NCBI GenBank assembly: GCA_965203295.1
Contig: CBDBCZ010000013.1
Coordinates: forward strand, 608,001 to 672,000
From: Nitrospirales bacterium
Lineage (GTDB): Bacteria; Nitrospirota; Nitrospiria; Nitrospirales; UBA8639
DNA: 64,000 bases
Direction of reading: 5' to 3'
The stretch's first letter is position 1, and each line of letters starts with the position of its first letter. Shown in pieces: positions 15,001 through 26,979 of the stretch. The translations under genes and the position numbers were made by a program. The notes under the pieces are model-generated. The model ran no database searches and was not told the origin of the DNA. It worked only from the letters and a program-made list of their open reading frames with translations.

Positions 15001-16729
15001 TAAGTGCCACTTTTTATCCCATTAGCACCATGTGTCTTTCGCTCGCTATTTTCGCATCCTAGACTGTCATTAATGCACATACTTGTAGTAGATCACTAGG
15101 ATCTTTGAATCTTTGTACGTTGCAAATTGAAAAAGGGATTTACACTTCTCATTAGGTGACACCACTTGTCGAAGGAGTCGGTGGGGAGCATTCGGAGACT
15201 GTATGTACTCTCCACATATAGTCTAATTACGTACACCAGTATCCCAATTAAAAATTCATTTTACAAGTTTATTGCTGGTCTTAGTAATGAGGCTGTAACA
15301 GTCCTAAGAACTGTTCTTGAGTGTTATCTTGGGCATGTGCTGATGGGGTGTTCCTGACGGTGCTAGTTCACCAGAGTTTGAGATGCCTTCTGACCTTTGA
15401 TGAGATTTCAAGACCAGCAGAGAAGATACCTTGCTAACAAGTCATCTAAGCCTGTATCACAGTTAGCTACTATGGTAGAGAGGTCTTAAATGCATTTAGG
15501 TCAGAGAGTTTTCACTTGCTCTTTAGAGAATTTACAACGGTGCTTAAAGTGCCACTTTTCAGCCCTTTAGCACCATGTGTCTTTTGCTGGGTATTTTTAT
15601 TTCCTAGATTATCATGAATACACTAATTTGTAGTCTATGATGCAGATCTTTCTTGCTAGCAAGTTTTCTTAACCTGTATCAGAAATAGCTACTATTGTGG
15701 AGAGGCCTTGCATATATGTATGGCTGAGAATTTTCACTTGCTGTTTGGATTATGCTCAATGGTGCTTTAAGTGCCACTTTTCATTCCACTAGCACCATGT
15801 GTCTTTCTATAGCTATGTTCGCTTCCTAGACTGTCATGAAGGCACATATTTGTAGTAGATGACTAAGATCTATCCTTGTTGAACATGCAATGGTGAAGCA
15901 CCACAGCATTAAATGGAGAGAGGTGGGTGTTACGGATTCCAACCCTGGCCTTAGCCCATGATGTACCATTCGGGTATGGCACATCCAATCATAGCTCCAT
16001 CCAATCAACAAGGAACTTGGTCTTGTCCATCAGGCCTAGAATTCACTAATCCAGCCTCCCCGCTGTACCTGAAACTATTCCCTGTTTGGTTTCAGTCTTC
16101 ATTTTCCTCCTATCCTAATTATTCGCACGTTTTTAATTATTCACTACTTTTCCTTGTTTAAAGCAGTACTTTTGTAACACCTCACTTCACCCATGATAAT
16201 GACAGCTGCATACTAATCTTGTACCAGAGATAGATAATACTGTGGAAACTGCACAATGGTGCTTAAGTGCCACTTTTTATCCCGATAGCACTATGTGTCT
16301 TTCGCTGGCCTTAAATGCATTAATGTCTGAGAATTTTCAATTGCTCTTGGAGAATTCACAATGGTGCTTAAGTGCCATTTTTTAGCCCTTTAGCACCATG
16401 TGCAGCTTTTGCGGGCTACTTTTGTTTTCTCATGAACGCACATACTTGTGGTAGATGACTCAGATCTTTGAATCTTTGTACGTTGCAACTTGAAGAAGAA
16501 ATCCACACTTCCTTAGGTGACACCATTTGTGGGCCGGGGAGGGAGAGAGCACCCGAAGACTGTACGCACTGTCCACATCGAATTAACTATACCGGTATCC
16601 AAATTAAAAATTCATCATACTAGTTCTTAGCTGGTCTTAGTAATGAGGCTGTAACGAACTTAAGAACTGTGCTTGAGTGTTATCTTGAGCATGTACTGAT
16701 GGGGTGTTCCTGACAGTGCTAGTTCTCCT
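1..16729. repeat. Complex satellite array, left arm: higher-order repeat (A)n-B-C of ~544/~222/~490-bp related monomers, truncated by the window start
   Basis: The junction motif CAATGGTGCTTAA(A)GTGCCACTTTT recurs at ~68, 612, 834, 1324, 1868, 2406, 2942, 3487, 3708, 4198 and onward. Spacings fall into three classes, and the same short ORFs recur on the - strand. Confidence 0.97.
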
Positions 16730-19700
16730 GGAGAACTAGCGCTGTCAGGACCACTCTATCCTCACCTGCTCTAAATAACACTCATGCAAAGTTCTTAGCA
16801 TTGTTACAGCCTCAATACTAAGACCAGCTAAGAACTAGTAAAATGAATTTACAATTGGGATACTGGTGTACGTAATTAGACTATATACGTGGAGAGTACA
16901 TACAGTTTCCGAGTGCTCCCCACCCACCCACTTCTCAAGTGGTGTCACCCAATGAGAAGAGTAAATCCCTTTTTCAAGTTGCAACGCACAAAATTTCAAA
17001 GATCCTAGTCATCTACTACAAGTATGTGCATTAATGACAGTCTAGGATGCGAAAATAGCCAGCGAAATGAACAATGATGCTAAAGGGTTGAAAAGTGGCT
17101 TTTAAACACCATTGTGAATTCTCAGAAGAGCAAGTGAAAATTCTGTCAGGACCACTCTATCCTCACCTCCTCTAAATACCACTCATGCAAAGTTCTTAGC
17201 ATTGTTACAGCCTCAATACTAAGACCAGCTAAGAACTAGTAAAGTGAATTTTTAATTTGGATACTGGCATACGTAATTAGACTATATGTGGAAGTGACAC
17301 AGCCTCCTGGTGCTCCCCACCCACCCACTCGACTAGTGGTGTCACCCAATGAGAAGAGTAAATCTCTTCTTCAAGTTGCAACGTACGAAAGTACAAAGTT
17401 CCGAGTCATCTACTACAAGTATGTGCATTATTGACAGTCTAGGATGCGGAAATAGCCAGTCAAAGACACAATGGTGCTAACGGGATAAAAAGTGGCACTT
17501 AAGCACCATTGTGAATTCTCCAAAGAGCAAGTGAAAATTCTCAGACATAAAAGCATTTAATACCTCTCCATATTAGTAGCTATCTGTGATACAGGTTTAG
17601 ATGACTTGCTAGCAAGGTATCTTTTCTGCTCACCTTGTAATCTCATTAAAGGTCAGAGGGCATCTCAAACCCTGGAGAACTAGCGCTGTCAGGACCACTC
17701 TATCCTCACCTCCTCTAAATGCCACTCATGCAAAGTTCTTAGCATTGTTACAGCCTCAATACTAAGACCAGCTAAGAAATAGTAAAATGGATTTTTAATT
17801 TGAATACTGGCATACGTAATTAGACTATATATGGAAGTGACACAGTCTCCGGGTGCTCCCCACCCACCCACTCGACTAGTGGTGTCACCCAATGAGAAGA
17901 GTAAATCTCTTCTTCAAGTTGCAACGTACAAAAGTACAAAGCTCTGAGTCATCTACTACAAGTATGTGCATTATTGACAGTCTAGGATGCGGAAATAGCC
18001 AGCGAAAGACACAGTGGTGCTAACGGGATAAAAAGTGGCACTTAAGCACCATTGTGAATTCTCCAAAGAGCAAGTGAAAATTCTCAGACATAAATGCATT
18101 TAAGACCTCTCCATATTAGTAGCTATCTGTAATATAGGTTTAGATGACTTGCTAGCAAGGTATCTTCCTGCTCACCTTTTAATCTCATTAAAGATCAGAG
18201 GGCATCTCAAACCCTGGAGAACTAGCAGGAACACTTTATCCTCACCTGCTCTAAATAACACTCATGCAAAGCTCTTAGGATTGTTACAGCCTCAATACTA
18301 AGACCAGCTAAGAACTAGTAAAATGGATTTTTAATTTGGATACTGGCATATGTAATTAGACTATAATATGTGGAGAGTGCATACAGTCTCCGGGTGCTCC
18401 CCACCCACCCACTTGACTAGTGGTGTCACCCAATGAGAAGAGTAAATCTCTTCTTCAAGTTGCAACGTACGAATGTACAAAGTTCCGAGTCATCTACTAC
18501 AAGTATGTGCATTAATGACAGTTTAGGATGCGAAAATAGCCAGCGAAAGACACATGGTGCTAACGGGATAAAAAGTGGCACTTAAGCACCATTGTGCAGT
18601 TTCCACAGTATTATCTATCTCTGGTACAAGATTACTATGCAGCTGTCATCATCAGGGGTAGAGTGAGGTGTTACAAAAGTACTGCTTAAAACAAGGCGAA
18701 GTAGTGAATAATTAATAACGAGCGAATAATTAGGATAGTAGGAAAATGAGGACTGAAAGAAAACAGGGAATAGAGTCAGGTATAGTGGGAGGCTGGATTA
18801 GTGAATTGTAGGCCTGATGGACAAGACCAAGTTCCTGGGATGGTGCTATGATTGGATGTGCCATACCCGAATGGTACATCATTGGCTAAAGGCCAGGGTT
18901 GGAATCCGTAACATCCACCTCACTCAATGTAATGCTGTGGTGCTTCACCATTGCATGCTCAGCAAGGATAGATCTGAGTCATCTACTACAAATATGTGCC
19001 TTCATGACAGTCTAGAAAGCGAACATAGCTAGAGAAAGACACATGGTGCTAGTGGTATGAAAAGTGGCACTTTAAGCACCATTGTAAATTCTCCAAATAG
19101 CAAGTGAAAATTCTCAGCCATACATATATGCAAGGCCTCTCCACAATAGTAGCTATCTCTGATACAGGTTAAGAAAACTTGCTAGCAAGAAAGATCTGCA
19201 TCATCGACTGCAAATTAGTGCTTTCATGTCCATCTAGGAAATAAAAATACGAGGCGAAAGACACATAGTGCTAAAGGGTTGAAAAGTGGCACTTAAGCAC
19301 CATTGTGAATTCTCCAAAGAGCAAGTGAAAATTCTCAGACATAAATGCATTTAAGACCTCTCCATATTAGTAGCTATCTGTGATACAGGTTTAGATGACT
19401 TGCTAGCAAGGTATCTTCTCTGCTCACCTTTTAATCTCATTAAAGGTCAGAGGGCATCTCAAACCCTGGAGAACTAGCGCTGTCAGGACCACTCTATCCT
19501 CACCTGCTCTAAATAACACTCATGCAAAGTTTTTAGGATTGTTACAGCCTCAATACTAAGACCAGCTAAGAACTAGTAAAATGGAATTTTAATTTGGATA
19601 CTGGCATACGTAATTAGACTATTATGTGGAGAGTGCATACAATCTCCGGGTGCTCCCCACCCACCCACTCGACTCGTTTTGTCACCCAATGAGAAAAGTT

Positions 19701-22700
19701 AATCTCTTCTTCAAGTTGAAACGTACGAAAGTACAAAGCTCCGAGTCATCTACTACAAGTATGTGCATAATAGACAGTCTAGGATGCGAAAATAGCCAGC
19801 GAAATACACAATGGTGCTAACTGCATAAAAAGTGGCACTTAAGCATCATTGTGAATTCTCCAAAGAGCAAGTGAAAATTCTCAGACATAAATGCATTTAA
19901 GACCTTTCCATATTAGTAGCTATCTGTAATACAGGTTTAGATGACTTGCTAGCAAGGTATCTTCTCCGCTCACCTTGTAATCTCATTAAAGGTCAGAATG
20001 CATCTCAAACCCTGGAGAACTAGTGCTGTCAGGAACACTCTATCCTCACCTGCTCTAAACAACACTCATGCAAAGCTCTTAGGATTGTTACAGCCTCAAT
20101 ACTAAGACCAGCTAAGAACTAGTAAAATGGATTTTTAATTTGGATACTGGCATACGTAATTAGACTATATGTGGAGAGTGCATACACTCTCCTGGTGCTC
20201 CCCACCCACCCACTCGACTAGTGGTGTCACCCAATGAGAAGAGTTAATCTCTTCTTCAAGTTGCAATGTACGAAAGTACAAAGCTCCGAGTCATCTACTA
20301 CAAGTATGTGCATTAATGACAGTTTAGGATGCGAAAATAGCCAGCGAAAGACACATGTTGCTAACGGGATAAAAAGTGGCACTTAAGCACCATTGTGCAG
20401 TTTCCACAGTATTATCTATCTCAGGTACAAGATTACTATGCAGCTGTCATCATCAGGGGTAGAGTGAGGTGTTACGAAAGTACTGCTTGAAACAAGGCAA
20501 AGTAGTGAATAATTAAAAACGAGCGAATAATTAGGATAGTAGGAAAATGAGGACTGAAAGAAAATAGGGAATAGAGTCAGGTACAGCGGGGAGGCTGGAT
20601 TAGTGAATTGTAGGCATGATGGACAAGACCAAGTTCCCGGGATGGTGCTATGATTGGATGTGCCATACCCGAATGGTACATCATTGGCTAAAGGCCAGGG
20701 TTGGAATCCGTAACATCCACCTCACTCAATGTAATGCTGTGGTGCTTCACCATTGCACGCTCAGCAAGGATAGATCTGAGTCATCTACTACAAATATGTG
20801 CCTTCATGACAGTCTAGAAAGCGAACATAGCTAGAGAAAGACACATGGTGCTAGTGGGATGAAAAGTGGCACTTTAAGCACCATTGTAAATTCTCCAAAC
20901 AGCAAGTGAAAATTCTCAGCCATACATATATGAAAGGCCTCTCCACAATAGTTGCTATCTCTGAAACAGGTTAAGAAAACTTGCTAGCAAGAAAGATCTG
21001 CATCATCGACTGCAAATTAGTGCATTCATGTCAATCTAGGAAATAAAAATACCCAGCGAAAGACACATAGTGCTAAAGGGTTTAAAAGTGGCACTTAAGC
21101 ACCATTGTGAATTCTCCAAAGAGCAAGTGAAAATTCTCAGACATAAATGCATTTAAGACCTCTCCATATTAGTAGCTATCAGTGATACAGGTTTAGATGA
21201 CTTGCTAGCAAGTTATATTCTCTGCTCACCTTTTAATCTCATTAAAGGTCAGAGGGCATCTTAAACCCTGGAGAACTAGCGCTGTCAGGACCACTCGATC
21301 CTCACCTGCTCTAAATAACACTCATGCAAAGTTTTTAGGATTGTTACAGCCTCAATACTAAGACCAGCTAAGAACTAGTAAAATGGATTTTTAATTTGGA
21401 TACTGGCATACGTAATTAGACTATTATGTGGAGAGTGCATACAATCTCCGGGTGCTCCCCACCCACCCACTCGACTAGTGGTGTCACCCAATGAGAAGAG
21501 TTAATCTCTTTTTCAAGTTGCAACGTACGAAAGTAACAAGCTCCGAGTCATCTACTACAAGTATGTGCATTAATGACAGTTTAGGATGCGAAAATAGCCA
21601 GCAAAAGACACATGGTGCTAACGGGATAAAAAGTGGCACTTAAGCACCATTGTGCACAGTATTATCTATCTCTGGTACAAGATTACTATGCAGCTGTCAT
21701 CATCAGGGGTAGAGTGAGGTGTTACAAAAGTACTGCTTGAAACAAGGCGAAGTAGTGAGTAATTAAAAACGAGCGAATAATTAGGATAGTAGGAAAATGA
21801 GGACTGAAAGAAAACAGGGAATAGAGTCAGGTACAGCGGGGAGGCTGGATTAGTGAATTGTAGGCCTGATGGACAAGACAAAGTTTTTGGGATGGTGCTA
21901 TGATTGGAAGTGCCATACCCGAATGGTACATCATTGGCTAAAGGCCAGGGTTGGAATCCGTAGCATCCACCTCACTCAATGTAATGCTGTGGTGCTTCAC
22001 CATTGCATGCTCAGCAAGGATAGATCTGAGTCATCTACTACAAATATGTGCCTTCATGACAGTCTAGAAAGCGAACATAGCTAGAGAAAGATACATGGTG
22101 CTAGTGGGATGAAAAGTGGCACTATAAGCACCATTGTAAATTCTCCAAATAGCAAGTGAAAATTCTCAGCCCTACATATATGCAAGGCCTCTCGACAATA
22201 GTAGCTATCTCTGATACAGGTTAAGAAAACTTGCTAGCAAGAAAGATCTGCATCTTCGACTGCAAATTAGTCCATTCATGTCATTCTAGGAAATAAAAAT
22301 ACCCAGCGAAAGACACATAGTGCTAAAGGGTTGAAAAGTGGCACTTAAGCACCATTGTGAATTCTCCAAAGAGCAAGTGAAAATTCTCAGACATAAATGC
22401 ATTTAAGACCTCTCCATATTAGTAGCTATCTGTGATACAGGTTTAGATGACTTGCTAGCAAGGTATCTTCTCTGCTCACCTTGAAATCTCATTAAAGGTC
22501 TGAGGGCATCTCAAACCCTTGAGAACTAGCGCTGTCAGGACCACTCTATCCTCACCTGCTCTAAATAACGCTCATGCAAAGCTCTTAGGATTGTTACAGC
22601 CTCAATACTAAGACCAGCTAAGAATTAGTAAATGGATTTTTAATTTGGATACTGGCATATGTAATTAGACTATATGTGGAGTGTGCATACAGACTCCGGG

Positions 22701-25700
22701 TGCTCCCCACCCACCCACTTGACAAGTGGTGTCACCCAATGATAAGAGTTAATCTCTTCTTCAAGTTGCAACGTACGAAAGTACAAAGCTCCGAGTCATC
22801 TACTACAAGTATGTGCATTAATGACAGTTTAGGATGCGAAAATAGCCAGCGAAAGACACATGGTGCTAACGGGATAAAAAGTGGCACTTAAGCACCATTG
22901 TGCAGTTTCCACTGTATTATCTATCTCTGGTACAAGATTACTATGCAGCTGTCATCATCAGGGGTAGAGTGAGGTGTTACAAAAGTACTGCTTGAAACAA
23001 GGCGAAGTAGTGAATAATTAAAAACGAGCGAATAATTAGGATAGTAGGAAAATGAGGACTGTAAGAAAACAGGGAATAAAGTCAGGTACAGCGTGGAGGC
23101 TGGATTAGTGAATTGTAGGACTGATGGACAAGACCAAGTTCCTTGATGATGGGATGGTGCTATGATTGGATGTGCCATACCCGAATGGTACATCATTGGC
23201 TAAGGCCAGGGTTGGAATTCGTAACATCCGCCTCACTCCATGTAATGCGGTGGTGCTTCACCATTGCATGCTCAGCAAGGATAGATCTGAGTCATCTACT
23301 ACAAATATGTGCCTTCATGACAGTCTAGAAAGTGAACATAGCTAGAGAAAGACACATGGTGTTAGTGGGATGAAAAGTGGCACTTTAAGCACCATTGTAA
23401 ATTCTCCAAATAGCAAGTGAAAATTCTCAGCCATACATATATGCAAGGCCTCTCCACAATAGTAGCTATCTCTGATACAGGTTAAGAAAACTTGCTAGCA
23501 AGAAAGATCTGCATCATCGACTGCAAATTAGTGCATTCATGTCAATCTAGGAAATAAAAATACCCAGCGAAAGACACATAGTGCTAAAGGGTTTAAAAGT
23601 AGCACTTAAGCACCATTGTGAATTCTCCAAAGAGCAAGTGAAAATTTTCAGACATAAATGCATTTAAGACCTCTCCATATTAGTAGCTATCTGTGATACA
23701 GGTTTAGATGACTTGCTAGCAAGGTATCTTCTCTGCTCACCTTGTAATCTCTTTAAAGGTCAGAGGGCATCTCAAACACTGGAGAACTAGCGCTGTCAGG
23801 AACACTCTATCCTCACCTTCTCTAAATAACGCTCATGCAAAGTTCTTAGGATTGTTACAGCCTCAATACTAAGACCAGCTAAGAATTAATAAATGGATTT
23901 TTAATTTGGATACTGGTATATGTAATTAGACTATTTGTGGAGAGTGCATACAGTCTCCGTGTGCTCCCCACCCACCTACTTGACAAGTGGTGTCACCCAA
24001 TGAGAAGAGTTAATCTCTTCTTCAAGTTGCAACGTATGAAAGTACAAAGTTCTGAGTCATCTACTACAAGTATGTGCATAATTGACAGTCTAGGATATAA
24101 AAATACCCAGCGAAAGACACATAGTGCTAAAGGGTTGAAAAGTGGCACTTAAGCACCATTGTGAATTCTCCAAAGAGCAAGTTAAAATTCTGAAACATAA
24201 ATGCATTTAAGACCTCTCCATATTAGTAGCTATCTGTGATACAGGTTTATGACTTGCTAGCAAGGTATCTTCTCTGCTCACCTTTTAATCTCATTAAAGG
24301 TCAGAGGGCATCTCAAACCCTGGAGAACTAGCGCTGTCAGGACCACTCTATCCTCACCTGCTCTAAATAACACTCATGCAAAGTTTTTAGGATTGTTACA
24401 GCCTCAATACTAAGACCAGCTAAGAACTAGTAAAATGGATTTTTAATTGGGATGCTGGCATACGTAATTAGACTATATGTGGAGAGTGCATACAGTCTCC
24501 GGGTGCTCCCCATCCACCAACTCGACTAGTGGTGTCACCCAATGAGAAGAGTAAATCTCTTCTTCAAGTTGCAACGTACGAAAGTACAAAGCTCCGAGTC
24601 ATCTACTACAAGTATCTGCATAATTGACAGTCTAGGATGCGAAAATAGCCAGTGAAATACACAATGATGCTATCGGGATAAAAAGTGGCACTTAAGCACC
24701 ATTGTGAATTCTCCAAAGGCAAGTAAAAATTTTCAGACATAAATGTATTTAAGACCTCTCCATATTAGTAGCTATCTGTGATACAGGTTTAGATGACTTG
24801 CTAGCAAGGTATCTTCTCTGCTCACCTTGTAATCTCATTAAAGGTCAGAGGTCATCTCAAACCCTGCAGAACTAGCGCTGTCAGGAACACTCTATCCTCA
24901 CCTGTTCTAAATAACGCTCATGCAAAGCTCTTAGGATTGTTACAGCCTCAATACTAAGACCAGCTAAGAACTAGTAAAATGGATTTTTAATTTGGATACT
25001 GGCATATGTAATTAGACTATATGTGGAGAGTGCATACAGTCTCCGGGTGCTCCCCACCCACCCACTTAACAAGTGGTGTCACCCAATGAGAAGAGTTAAT
25101 CTCTTCTTCAAGTTGCAACGTACGAAAGTACAAAGCTCCGAGTCATCTACTACAAGTATGTGCATTAATGACAGTTTAGGATGCGAAAATAGCCAGCGAA
25201 AGACACATGGTGCTAACGGGATAAAAAGTGGCACTAAGCACCATTGTGCAGTTTCCACAGTATTATCTATCTCTGGTACAAGATTACTATGCAGCTGTCA
25301 TCATCAGGGGTAGAGTGAGGTGTTACAAAAGTACTGCCTGAAACAAGGCGAAGTAGTGAATAATTAAAAACGAGCGAATAATTAGGATAGTAGGAAAATG
25401 AGGACTGAAAGAAAACAGGGAATAGAGTCAGGTACAGCGGGGAGGCTGGATTAGTGAATTGTAGGCCTGATGGACAAGACCAAGTTCCTGGGATGGTGCT
25501 ATGATTGGATGTGCCATACCCGAATGGTACATCATTGGCTAAAGGCCAGGGTTGGAATCCGTAACATCCACCTCACTCCATGTAATGTTGTGGTGCTTCA
25601 CCATTGCATGCTCAGCAAGGATAGATCTGAGTCATCTACTACAAATATGTGCCTTCATGACAGTCTAGAAAGCGAACATAGCTAGAGAAAGACACATGGT

Positions 25701-26655
25701 GCTATGGGATGAAAAGTGGCACTTTAAGCACCATTGTAAATTCTCCAAACAGCAAGTGAAATTCTCAGCCATACATATATGCAAGGCCTCTCCACAATAG
25801 TAGCTATCTCTGATACAGGTTAAGAAAACTTGCTAGCAAGAAAGATCTGTGTCATCGACTGCAAATTAGTGCATTCATGTCCATCTAGGAAATAAAAATA
25901 CCCAGCGAAAGACACATGTGCTAAAGGGTTGAAAAGTGGCATATTTTAAGCACCATTGTGAATTCTCCAAAGAGCAAGTGAAAATTCTCAGACATAAATG
26001 CATTTAAGACCTCTCCATATTAGTAGCTATCTGTGATACAGGTTTAGATGACTTGCTAGCAAGGTATCTTCTCTGCTCACCTTTTAATCTCATTAAAGGT
26101 CAGAGGGCATCTCAAACCCTGAAGAACTAGCGCTGTCAGGACCACTCTATCCTCACCTGCTCTAAATAACACTCATGCAAAGTTTTTAGGATTGTTACAG
26201 CCTCAATACTAAGACGAGCTAAGAACTAGTAAAAAGGATTTTTAATTGGGATACTGGCATACGTAATTAGACTATTTGTGGAGAGTGCATACAATCTCCG
26301 GGTGCTCCCCACCCACCCACTCGACTGGTGGTGTCACCCAATGAGAAGAGTTAATCTCTTCTTCAAGTTGCAACGTACGAAAGTACAAAGCTCCGAGTCA
26401 TCTACTACAAGTATGTGCATTATTGACAGTCTAGGATGCGGAAATAGCCAGTCAAAGACACAATGATGCTAACGGGATAAAAAGTGGCATTTAAGCACCA
26501 TTGTGAATTCTCCAAAGAGCAAGTGAAAATTCTCAGACATAAATGCATTTAAGACCTCTCCATATTAGTAGCTATCTGTAATACAGGTTTAGATGACTTG
26601 CTAGCAAGGTATCTTCTCTGCTCACCTTTTAATCTCATTAAAGGTCAGAGGGCAT
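16730..26655. repeat. Complex satellite array, right arm: same A/B/C monomers in the opposite orientation
   Basis: The reverse-complement junction motif AAAAGTGGCACTTAAGCACCATTGTG recurs throughout. The recurrent short ORFs switch from the - to the + strand. Confidence 0.97.
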
Positions 26656-26975
26656 TGTGGAAGGTCAATGTCATCCAATTGTGGATGGTTTTAATAACTG
26701 TTAACATTCATCCAATTGTGGATGGTCTTTAGAGCTGTAAAATTCATCCAATTGTGGATGGTCAATGTCATCCAATTCTGGAAGTTAATAATTGCCGTCC
26801 AATTATGGATGGTCGAAATCATCCATTTTCAGATGTTTATTAGTCATGCAGCCCCTCTATTGAAAAAAGGTAAAAAAAAACATCCATTTTTGGATGAAAA
26901 TGTTTCATTTGTTAGAGTCATCCAAAAGTGGATGAATATTGGGCGCCAATAAACATCCATTTTTGGAAGTGGACC
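26656..26975. repeat. Short array of palindromic CATCCA-N4/5-TGGATG motifs; probably a DNA-transposon subterminal fragment
   Basis: TCATCCAATTGTGGATGG occurs three times at 26671-26762, with ~6 degenerate copies up to ~26970 separated by variable AT-rich spacers. Confidence 0.6.
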
Positions 26976-26979
26976 TTAC

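Noticed and set aside
886..26466. Recurrent ~71-aa ORFs (MESAY..., MDKTK...) as a tandem small-protein gene family
   Set aside because: They are by-products of the satellite. Many start at GTG, many copies are broken by stops or frameshifts, the surrounding DNA is equally conserved, and there is no recognisable domain.
26656..26975. CRISPR-like repeat-spacer array
   Set aside because: Repeats are short (~18 bp) and degenerate, spacers are irregular and partly related to each other, no cas genes are present, and the context is eukaryotic.
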